Origin: an uncultured Gammaproteobacteria bacterium
Lineage (GTDB): Bacteria > Pseudomonadota > Gammaproteobacteria > Steroidobacterales > Rariloculaceae
Direction: 5' to 3'
DNA: 64,000 bases
Assembly (NCBI GenBank): GCA_963817615.1
Contig: CAWFPH010000003.1
Span: 30,718-94,717, forward strand
Shown in pieces: positions 54,930-64,000 of this stretch. Position numbers and translations under genes: made by a program. A model generated the notes under the pieces. The model worked only from the letters and a program-made list of their open reading frames with translations. It was not told the DNA's origin and searched no databases. How positions within the stretch are numbered: the first letter of the stretch is position 1; each line of letters starts with the position of its first letter.

Positions 54930-55445
54930 GTGACGATTCGAGTAGTCGCCATGCCGAGGATCACCTGGGGGCTCTTCCGGACCGTTTCGTCGATCCCTGA
55001 CACGACGGAGGAAGCACAGATCGCGCCCGAGCTGCCGGCGGTGAACGGCTTGCGACCTCAGCGGACTGCTGCCGGCAGTTTTCGTCTGCCTTCGTTCACA
55101 TTGCACGTCGGCCTGAACCGCTCGAAGACCATGGTCCTGCGCACGGCCAACAAGACGGCGGACCTTCTCAAGCACGAGCAGGGTCACTACAACTTGCTCG
55201 TGCTCGTAAGCCGGGCGTTTGCGCGCGACCTCGAATCACTCGAAGCGGCGTCCGTCGCCGAGCTCGGTACGCTGTTGAGCACCGCTCGCGACACCCACGA
55301 CGATCGTGCCCAGGCCATCGATGCGAAGTACGACAGCGAAACCGACCATAGCCGGAACCGCGCCGCGCAGGCGCGCTGGGACAATGCGATCGTCGCCGCG
55401 CTTGCGCAGGCTCGGTGCGATGCGATCGCGAACCTGCCGCTCTGA
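54930..55445 (+). CDS. DUF922-like putative Zn-dependent protease
   Basis: GTG 54930 with GGAGG 8 nt upstream (alternative ATG at 54951). ITWGLF... and LLKHEQGHYNLL (an HExxH motif) match my recollection of DUF922. Lies 24 nt after the lipoprotein stop. Confidence 0.55.
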   Translation: MTIRVVAMPRITWGLFRTVSSIPDTTEEAQIAPELPAVNGLRPQRTAAGSFRLPSFTLHVGLNRSKTMVLRTANKTADLLKHEQGHYNLLVLVSRAFARDLESLEAASVAELGTLLSTARDTHDDRAQAIDAKYDSETDHSRNRAAQARWDNAIVAALAQARCDAIANLPL

Positions 55446-55726
55446 GGCCGCGGTCCGGCATCGCGTGCGATGTCGCTCTAGTACCTGATCTGCAGCGTCG
55501 CAGACGCAGCAACTGATCGGTGTCGCCTGCACCCATCCCAGGCGCTCCGCCGCGTGCGCGCACTAATTGAGGGCGGCCGCCCTCGTCCGGACAGCGGATC
55601 GCCAAGCTGCGGCGGGACTGTGCCGCTGCCCGATACGTGGCATGGAAGCTGCATTTGGCCCCTCGAAAGTCCGTCGGGCATCCGCGGCCGACGCCGCTAC
55701 AGGCGCGGCTGCAGGCGGGGAGCCAC

Positions 55727-56422
55727 ATGGCGCAATTCAACGAGTTCGCGAGCCGCGACGAGGCCGTTGCCGCGCTCGCGCGGCGCGTCGGCGAGCGGCT
55801 GCGCTTCGCGGTGTACAGGCGCGCGACCGCGTCGCTGATCGTGAGCGGCGACGCATCGCGTCGCGGGCTGTTTCGTGCGCTCAGGCTATTGCCGGTGCCT
55901 TGGTATCTCGTGAAGATCGTGCCGAGCGACGAGGGCTGGGTACCGGTCAATGATGGCGAGAGCAACGAGGGCATGATTCGCCGCGAGCTCGACGCGGGCG
56001 CGGGCGAGCCAGGGTTTGCGAGCTTCGTGAGCCTGTATCGACGCAACCGCGCGGCGCCCGAGTCGCTGCCCGCGCTGCAAGCGTCGCTCGCCGAGGTCCA
56101 GAGGCCCTTCGACACGGTCGTGCTCGACATGGGCCTGGACGGTCACATGGCGTCTCTGTACCCGGATTCTCCCGATCTGCGCGACGCGCTCGCGAGCGAC
56201 GCGCAGTGCGTATTACAGCGTCCGCCGCGGCTTGCGCATCCGCGGGTCAGTCTCACGCCGCACGCGTTGCTCGATACGCAGGAGGTCAATCTTTTGTTCT
56301 TCGGCGCGACCAAGCGCTCCGTTTACGAGGAGACGTTGCAGCCGGGCCCGATCGAGCAGTATCCGATCCGCGCGCTCGTGTGCCAGCAGCGCGTGCCGGT
56401 GAACGTGTACTGGGCGCCGTAG
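55727..56422 (+). CDS. pgl: 6-phosphogluconolactonase (divergent)
   Basis: ORF 55637..56422 trimmed to ATG 55727. LDMGLDGHMASLYPDSP matches the Pgl GxDGHTASLFP motif. Position upstream of edd-eda supports the call. Confidence 0.75.
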   Translation: MAQFNEFASRDEAVAALARRVGERLRFAVYRRATASLIVSGDASRRGLFRALRLLPVPWYLVKIVPSDEGWVPVNDGESNEGMIRRELDAGAGEPGFASFVSLYRRNRAAPESLPALQASLAEVQRPFDTVVLDMGLDGHMASLYPDSPDLRDALASDAQCVLQRPPRLAHPRVSLTPHALLDTQEVNLLFFGATKRSVYEETLQPGPIEQYPIRALVCQQRVPVNVYWAP

Positions 56423-56429
56423 CGAACGC

Positions 56430-58251
<1,822 letters not shown>

Positions 58252-58255
<4 letters not shown>

Positions 58256-58926
58256 GCAGCCCGGCGCCGCCGGCGGCAGCCGCGGCCGACTCCACGGACG
58301 TTCGCGCCGTGCTCGAGCTGTCGCCGGTGATTCCGGTCGCGACGATCGGGCGGCCCGACGACGCGGTGCCGCTCGCCGAGGCGTTGCTCGAGGGCGGCGT
58401 CGCCGTGATCGAGGTGACGTTGCGCTCGGACGCGGCGCTCGCCGCGATCGAGGCGATCCGCCGGGAGTGTCCCGACATGGCGGTCGGCGCCGGCACGATT
58501 TGGACCGCGCAGCATGCGCTGCAAGCCGCGAGCGCGGGTGCGGAGTTCCTCGTTTCGCCCGGCGTCACCGATGCAGTCGGCGACATCGCTGCGAGCCAGC
58601 GGTTGGCGTACCTGCCGGGCGCTCAGACCGCGACCGAGATCGCGCACCTCGTCGGGCGCGGCGCGAAAGCCGTGAAGTTCTTTCCGGCCGGACCCGCCGG
58701 CGGCACGGCAGCGCTCGGCGCGCTCGCCGCGGTCTTTCCGGGTCTCGAGTTCTGTCCCACGGGCGGAATCAGCGAGGCGTCCGCGCGCGACTATCTCGCG
58801 CTCGAGTGCGTGCCGTGCGTCGGCGGGAGCTGGCTCGCGCCCGCCGCGCTGCTCGACCGGCACGACTGGTCCGCGATTCAAACGCTTGCCGCGCGCGCGG
58901 CCGCGCTCGCACCGCGGCGCCGTTGA
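58252..58926 (+). CDS. eda: KDPG / KHG aldolase
   Basis: ATGA overlap with the edd stop. PVIPVATI...[12 protein letters not shown]...GAGTI...FLVSPG...KFFPA are Eda motifs. It is the 3' part of the listed 800-aa ORF 56524..58926. Confidence 0.9.
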
Positions 58927-58936
58927 GCGCGCAGCG

Positions 58937-61732
58937 ATGCTTGCGCCGCGCGACAACCATCTCGACAAGTCCTGGAGCATCGTCTTCCAGTTGCTGCACG
59001 GGCGGCTCACGCTCGAGGATGTTGCGAAGCAGATCACCGACGCGAGTCTGCCGGCGTTGCAGGCGCGCGCCGACGGCTTGCTCCGGCAGCTCGCGTTCCA
59101 CAAGGAGGCGGACAACGAGGCGCGGGTGCGCGACCTGATCGCTGCGCTCGCCGTCGACGGCGCCGAGCGCGTGCCGTTCGAGCGCTTTGCGGCGCTGCTC
59201 GGGACCGAGCTCGCGGGCATCGTCTTCACCGCGCATCCCACGTTCTCGCTGTCGTCGGAGGCGAACGACATCGCGCTCGGCCTCGTGCGTTCGGGCGCGG
59301 TGAGTCCTCGGCCCGGCGGCGGCAACGCGGCCGCCACGCGCGGGCCGCGCGTGCATCGCCTCGAGGCGCCGAGCTTGCAAGAGGAGCTCGACGCATCGAC
59401 CGCCGCGATCCGCAATCTGCGCAACGCGCTGCGGCGGTTGTTGCGCATCGCCGTGGACGTTGCCGCGGAGCTCTATCCCGGCGATTACCGGCGCCTGCGC
59501 CCCGCGTTCTTCACGGTCGCGACTTGGGTGGGCTTCGACCTCGACGGCCGCACCGACATCGGCTGGAATCGCAGCTTGAGCTGCCGCTACCAGCTCGCGT
59601 TGACCGGGCTCGAGGAGCTCGATGCCGCGCTCGCCGCGATCCGCGACGCGTATCCCGAATCCGCCGCGGTCGGCGAGACGCTCGACGTGATCGCCCGCAG
59701 CCTCGCGGCCTTCAGCGAGTCGTTCACGATCGGGCTCGATGCGCTCGGCCGCGAGGCCGATGACGCTCTCAAGCTCGGCAAGCTCAACCGGCTCGCGCTC
59801 GAGAAGCGCGCGCTGAAACAGGACGCGATGGGCGCGATCGATGCATCGCTCGCGGCGCTGCTCGAGGGCTCGCTGCCCGACGCCTTGTGCAAGGCGCTGA
59901 TCGTGTTTCGCGCGGAATGGGAGACGATCGGGCTCGGTCTTGCACGGCTGCACTTCCGGCTGAACTCGGTGCAGCTCCACAACGCGATCCGGCCCGATTT
60001 GTCGATGCGCTCGTCCCCCGGCAGCAGCCCGTCGCGCCGACACTATCTCGCGGAGATCACGCGTCTGCTCGACGGCGTCACGGCCGTGAACGTCCATTAC
60101 GGTACGGTCGCGCGCGAGCAGACGACCGCGAAGCGCGTGTTCATGCTCGCCGCGCAGTTCCAAAAGCATTTCGACGGCCGAACGCCGATTCGCCTGCTGA
60201 TCGCGGAGTCCGACACGCCTTTTACTCTGCTCACGGCGCTCTACTACGCGCGGCTCTTCGGCGTCGAGCGGCACGTCGAGATCTCGCCGCTGTTCGAGAC
60301 GGCCGACGGGCTGCACCACGGCGACCGCGTGATCGCGGAGCTGCTCGACAATCCGCACTTTCTCGCCTACATCCGCGGCCAAGGCCGTTTCTGCATCCAG
60401 CTCGGATTCTCGGACTCCGGCCGCTACATCGGTCAGCCGGCTGCGTCGCTCGCAGTGGAGCGGTTCAAACTGCGTTTGGTGCGGCTGTGGCAGGCGCGCG
60501 GGTTGAGCGATACGCAGCTCCTGTTCTTCGACACGCACGGGGAATCGATCGGCCGCGGCGCGCATCCGCGCGGGCTGGCCGACCGGTTCCTCTATACGCA
60601 TCCCCGGGAGGTGCGCGTGCGGCTCGAGGAGCTTGCGGCGCCGCACAAGCACGAGGTGAGCTTTCAAGGCGGCGAGGGCTATCTCTGGTTCGCGTCGGAG
60701 CGCACCGCGTTCGCGGTGGTCGCCGATCTCTTGAGCGCGCGCCTCGGCTCACGCGCGGCGGCGGCCGACGGCCTCTACTCGCACAGCGGCTGGGCACTCG
60801 ATTTCTTTCTGACGCTCAAGGAGTATCAGGAGCGCCTCACTCGTCATCCGGGCTACCTCGGGCTCGTGAGCACGATCGGCAGGAACTTGCTGTACCCGAC
60901 CGGCTCGCGGCCGATGAAGCGCCAGTCCGTGGGCCGCTCGTCGACGAGCATCGAAAACATCGCCGAGATGCGCGCGATCCCGAACAACGCCATCGTTCAG
61001 CAGCTCGCGTACTTCGTGAATAGCTTCGCCGGCCTCGGCCGCGCGACGAACCAATCGCCCGAGACGTTTCTCGCGGTGCTCGATCGCTCCGAACGTCTCG
61101 AGCGTGTGCTGTCGCTCGCGCTCGCGGCGCGCGAGCGCTCCGACCTCACGATGTTCGAGGCCTACGTGCAGCTCGCAAATCCCAACTATTGGCTCGACCG
61201 GACGACGCAATCTCTCGATCGCGGCTGGAACGGAGTGCTGAGGCGCGTCTCGCGCGTGCTCGAGGACGCGTTCGATTACGACACGATGGCGAGCTTCGTG
61301 CGCACGCTGCGCCGCGACGCGGCCGAGCTCGACGACGTGCTCGAGCAGCGTCAGGTGGCCGGCGCCCCGGCCTCGGCCGACGCGCTCGCCCGCCTGCACA
61401 CGCTGCGGCTCGCGTTGATTCAGCTGATCTATCTGAAGGCGATGGAGATCCCGCAGTTCAGCTCGCGCCTCGAGATCTCGCTTGCCACGCTGACGGAGCG
61501 GCTGCTCAAGCTCGACGTGCCGGACACGGTCGAGACGCTGCGCGAGATCTTTCCCGCCGCCGCGCCGTCGGACGACACCGAGGTCTATGCCGAGCGCGAC
61601 ACCTACGTGCGTACGGGCCCTTCAGGCTACGCGGCCGAGCATGCGCAGATCTTCGATCCGATCGAGCGTGCGTACACGCTGATATTGGAAACCAGCGCGT
61701 TGATCGCGCTGCATCTCGGCGCTTACGGCTGA
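58937..61732 (+). CDS. ppc: phosphoenolpyruvate carboxylase
   Basis: ORF 58886..61732 trimmed to ATG 58937. FTAHPTF (the PEPC TAHPT motif), [14 protein letters not shown], about 930 aa, intact. Confidence 0.8.
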   Translation: MLAPRDNHLDKSWSIVFQLLHGRLTLEDVAKQITDASLPALQARADGLLRQLAFHKEADNEARVRDLIAALAVDGAERVPFERFAALLGTELAGIVFTAHPTFSLSSEANDIALGLVRSGAVSPRPGGGNAAATRGPRVHRLEAPSLQEELDASTAAIRNLRNALRRLLRIAVDVAAELYPGDYRRLRPAFFTVATWVGFDLDGRTDIGWNRSLSCRYQLALTGLEELDAALAAIRDAYPESAAVGETLDVIARSLAAFSESFTIGLDALGREADDALKLGKLNRLALEKRALKQDAMGAIDASLAALLEGSLPDALCKALIVFRAEWETIGLGLARLHFRLNSVQLHNAIRPDLSMRSSPGSSPSRRHYLAEITRLLDGVTAVNVHYGTVAREQTTAKRVFMLAAQFQKHFDGRTPIRLLIAESDTPFTLLTALYYARLFGVERHVEISPLFETADGLHHGDRVIAELLDNPHFLAYIRGQGRFCIQLGFSDSGRYIGQPAASLAVERFKLRLVRLWQARGLSDTQLLFFDTHGESIGRGAHPRGLADRFLYTHPREVRVRLEELAAPHKHEVSFQGGEGYLWFASERTAFAVVADLLSARLGSRAAAADGLYSHSGWALDFFLTLKEYQERLTRHPGYLGLVSTIGRNLLYPTGSRPMKRQSVGRSSTSIENIAEMRAIPNNAIVQQLAYFVNSFAGLGRATNQSPETFLAVLDRSERLERVLSLALAARERSDLTMFEAYVQLANPNYWLDRTTQSLDRGWNGVLRRVSRVLEDAFDYDTMASFVRTLRRDAAELDDVLEQRQVAGAPASADALARLHTLRLALIQLIYLKAMEIPQFSSRLEISLATLTERLLKLDVPDTVETLREIFPAAAPSDDTEVYAERDTYVRTGPSGYAAEHAQIFDPIERAYTLILETSALIALHLGAYG

Positions 61733-61745
61733 CCCGCGCCGCCCA

Positions 61746-63406
61746 CTAACGCGAATGTCGGCCGGCCTCGTCTCGGCCGCGCGAGGCCGCGTTGCCGCGC
61801 ACGCCGCCTCGCGACTGCGGTGCGCGCTCGATGCGCTGCGGCTGCACGCGCTCGGAGGGCGTCGGGCGAGCCAGCGGCCCGCCGCGTCCCGGCGGTCCGA
61901 CGTAAGTCGGCCGCGACGAGGCGGCGCTCGGTGGCGAGACCGAACGCTGGGTTTGCTGCGGCACCGCGGCTTGCGGGCGCGCGGCGACTTGCGGCGGCGG
62001 CGGCGCCTGACGCGCGGCACCGACGACGCCGCCGAGCGTGCGCGGTGCTCCGAGCGCACGCCTGCTCGACGGTGCCGGAACGCGGTACTGGGGCGTGCGC
62101 GGTACCGCCCCCGCGACGAAATCGTTGTGGCGGCCGTCGTCACGAGTGTCCGATTGCGGCGCGCGCTGCACCTCACGCGTCGATCCTTGCGGGGTGCTCG
62201 GCCGCTGCTGGAACTTCGGCGGCGCACCGGCGCTGCCCGCATCGCGACCGCTCGTCTGCGGCGCGCGCTGCGCATCGTTCGTCGCTCGCTGCGGTGCGCT
62301 CGGCCGCTGCCGATACTTTGGCGGCACGCCGGTCGAGCCGGTGTCGCGTTGCGGCACGACGTTGCCACCGCGTACGCCCGGCACGCCGCCGTTGGCTCGG
62401 CTGTCCTCGTGCGGCCCGGCGAACCGGCCGCCGTTGGCCACCGTGCCGCGCTCGCGGCGGCCGCCCGCGTACGGGTTGCCGACGCGGCGCTCGTCGCTGA
62501 CCGCGAACGGACGCCCGTGGTCGCGAGGCCGCGGCTGCCACACCTCGCCGCCGCGGTGCACGTTCACGACGTTCACGTGGATGTCGTTCCGCACGTAGAA
62601 CGGCTCGTAGTAGTGACGGCCGTAGTACGGATGGCCGGCGAAGCCGCAGTGCTCGATGATCAAGTGATGGGTGTGCCAGCCGATCACGAACGCCGTCGTC
62701 ACGCCCCAGAAGAAACCCGTGTCGAACGCGTAGTTGACCGGATAGGGGTAGTAGTAGAGCGGATAGCCGATCGGGTAGTAATGGAAGACCGGCGCCGGCT
62801 GATAGACGACCACTTCGCTCGGCTCGTAGTAAGGCACGTAGACGACCTCGGGGTTCGCCGGTGCGATCGCGATTGCGCCTTCGTCGTCCTTCTTCACGGT
62901 CTGCTTGCCGTCGGAGTCGCAAATTGCCGGCGGCGTAAGCGCTGTCGCGGAACTGCTGCACCGCGTCGAGCACGTCGCCGCGCTGGTTCAGCACGGCTTC
63001 GCCGAGCTGCCAGGTCCAGTCGAGGTCGTCGTTCATCAAGTGCAGCACGTCGGGGTAGTTCAGCAGCGCGACGACCGAATCGTCCCAATCCGGGTTGGCC
63101 TTGAGGCTCTGATCCTTCTGGCGCTGATCGAGGAAACGCGCGGCCTCGACGACCTGCAGCGGATACGTGGAAGCGGGCAGCACGATGCCGACCAGATCGT
63201 CCGGATACAGCGCGATCGGACCCACGAGCTTCTGCAGCTCGTCGGCGCCGAGCGGCGCCTGAGCGGTCGCGCGGAGGCGCGGCGTCTTGCTGAGCGTATG
63301 CGGGTGGAACGAGCCCGGCGCCGAACGCGACCAAGCCGAGCGCGAGCCCGAGCATAGCCGCGGGCCTTGCGGCGCGGCGGTCGTTGGCGAAAGTGTCGGT
63401 GCTCAT
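61746..63406 (-). pseudogene. DUF3300 family secreted protein with Pro/Gln/Arg-rich repeat tail, 2 frame changes
   Basis: Signal peptide MSTDTF...AFGAGLVPPAYA, then ELQKLVGPIALYPDDLVGIVLPASTYPLQVVEAARFL...WDDSVVALLNYPDVL (DUF3300 core), then IAIAPANPEVVYVPYYEP. Changes near 63255 and 62925. Confidence 0.7.
62153..62356 (-). repeat. two tandem repeats of about 102 nt (34 aa) inside the DUF3300 tail
   Basis: Protein units GVPPKYRQRPSAPQRATNDAQRAPQTSGRDAGSA and GAPPKFQQRPSTPQGSTREVQRAPQSDTRDDG. The matching plus-strand units both begin TGCGGCGCGCGCTGC. Confidence 0.5.
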
Positions 63407-63557
63407 AGCGCAGCCCTCCGAGGAAGTCCGGACGGACGGTCCGCCGGATCGTATGGAGCTACCATAGCCCCGTTGAGCTGAATGGGGCCTTAATAAATGG
63501 AGCGCGATGGAGGGCCGGCCGGCCCGTGCTGCAGGGCGCGTCTCTCGGGGACCGCGC

Positions 63558-64000
63558 TCACCAGCCTTCGCGCAGGCCGCCGTCGAACCAGTCCCAGAGC
63601 AAATAGAAAATGAACTCGTTCGGGCGTCCGGAACGCTCGGTCACGGGCATGCGGTAGCCGGCCGCCGCCATCAGGTGCTGCCGCTTGTTGAGCGAGACTT
63701 GGAACTGGGGCACAACGTCCCATTCAGTCGGTGCCCCGCCGTCGAGCTCGTGCGCTCCGATCACCTCGATCATCGGCGTCCAAGCGCGGCCGAACGGGCC
63801 GCCCGTGGTCCAGGTGCGTCCGAGTGCCGCACGCATCGACACCTCGTTCTCGACCATCGGTGCTTGCGGAAATTCCGCGATGCCCTGCAGCTCGAGGAAC
63901 GCGTTACGCGGCAGCAGCTTGTCGTACAGCACGAAGGACTCGAACGTCGTGCTGCCGGTGCCGAACCCTCTCGAGTCGTCCCCAGTGGGCAAACCGACCT
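63558..64000 (-). CDS. outer-membrane-like protein, C-terminal part (5' end outside window)
   Basis: The minus-strand frame stays open from the window end to the stop at 63558. Ends ...YLLWDWFDGGLREGW. Weakly resembles MetA-pathway/transporter-type beta-barrels. Family assignment is uncertain. Confidence 0.4.
   Translation of the reverse strand, partial: VGLPTGDDSRGFGTGSTTFESFVLYDKLLPRNAFLELQGIAEFPQAPMVENEVSMRAALGRTWTTGGPFGRAWTPMIEVIGAHELDGGAPTEWDVVPQFQVSLNKRQHLMAAAGYRMPVTERSGRPNEFIFYLLWDWFDGGLREGW

Noticed and set aside
55569-55584. Palindrome GAGGGCGGCCGCCCTC after the DUF922 gene, as a possible terminator. A similar one, GGGCCGGCCGGCCC, lies at 63512-63525.
   Set aside because: These are GC-rich stems with no adjacent U-tract. 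Rho-independent termination cannot be supported from sequence alone.
55638-55653. Sigma54-like element TGGCATGGAAGCTGCA upstream of pgl-edd-eda.
   Set aside because: GG-N10-GC matches are frequent in 67% GC DNA. The -12 box is CTGC, not TTGC. No enhancer-binding protein gene is nearby. An Entner-Doudoroff operon is not an expected sigma54 target.

Overview
High-GC (about 65-68%) proteobacterial chromosomal segment. I recognised no rRNA, tRNA, CRISPR array, transposase or integrase. Layout: (i) 1-12.3 kb holds redox and xenobiotic genes: three PQQ quinoprotein dehydrogenases (two fused to cytochrome c), NUDIX, arylamine N-acetyltransferase, methyltransferase, amidohydrolase, GNAT. (ii) 12.4-47.9 kb holds a complete type VI secretion system with the gene set of the P. 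aeruginosa H1-T6SS: tssA-tssB-tssC-hcp-tagJ-tssE-tssF-tssG-clpV, a vgrG island resembling vgrG1b/tse7 (PA0095-PA0101), then fha-tssJ-tssK-tssL-tssM-tagF::pppA-ppkA. It also carries a Tlde1-like gene at the 5' border and an extra sheath-like gene on the opposite strand. (iii) 48.0-55.4 kb is an uncharacterised four-gene envelope operon: Sel1/pseudo-caspase, autotransporter-type barrel, a roughly 1150-aa lipoprotein with three CxxCH motifs, and DUF922. (iv) 55.7-61.7 kb carries pgl-edd-eda and ppc. (v) The window ends with a DUF3300 gene and a partial outer-membrane-like gene. The dominant oddity is about 70 +/-1 frame changes (manual frame tracking, approximate), concentrated in 12.4-31.1 kb and 35.5-44.6 kb. 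Other stretches of 7-12 kb have none. The sequence alone cannot tell whether this is real T6SS decay or local indel error. The most interesting biology is an apparent swap of a lower-GC effector/immunity cassette inside the vgrG island, which left partial duplicates of the flanking genes at both junctions. Also notable are several unusual accessory genes: a degenerate KAS-like protein, a snapalysin-motif peptidase, and a TssB/TssC-like fusion.
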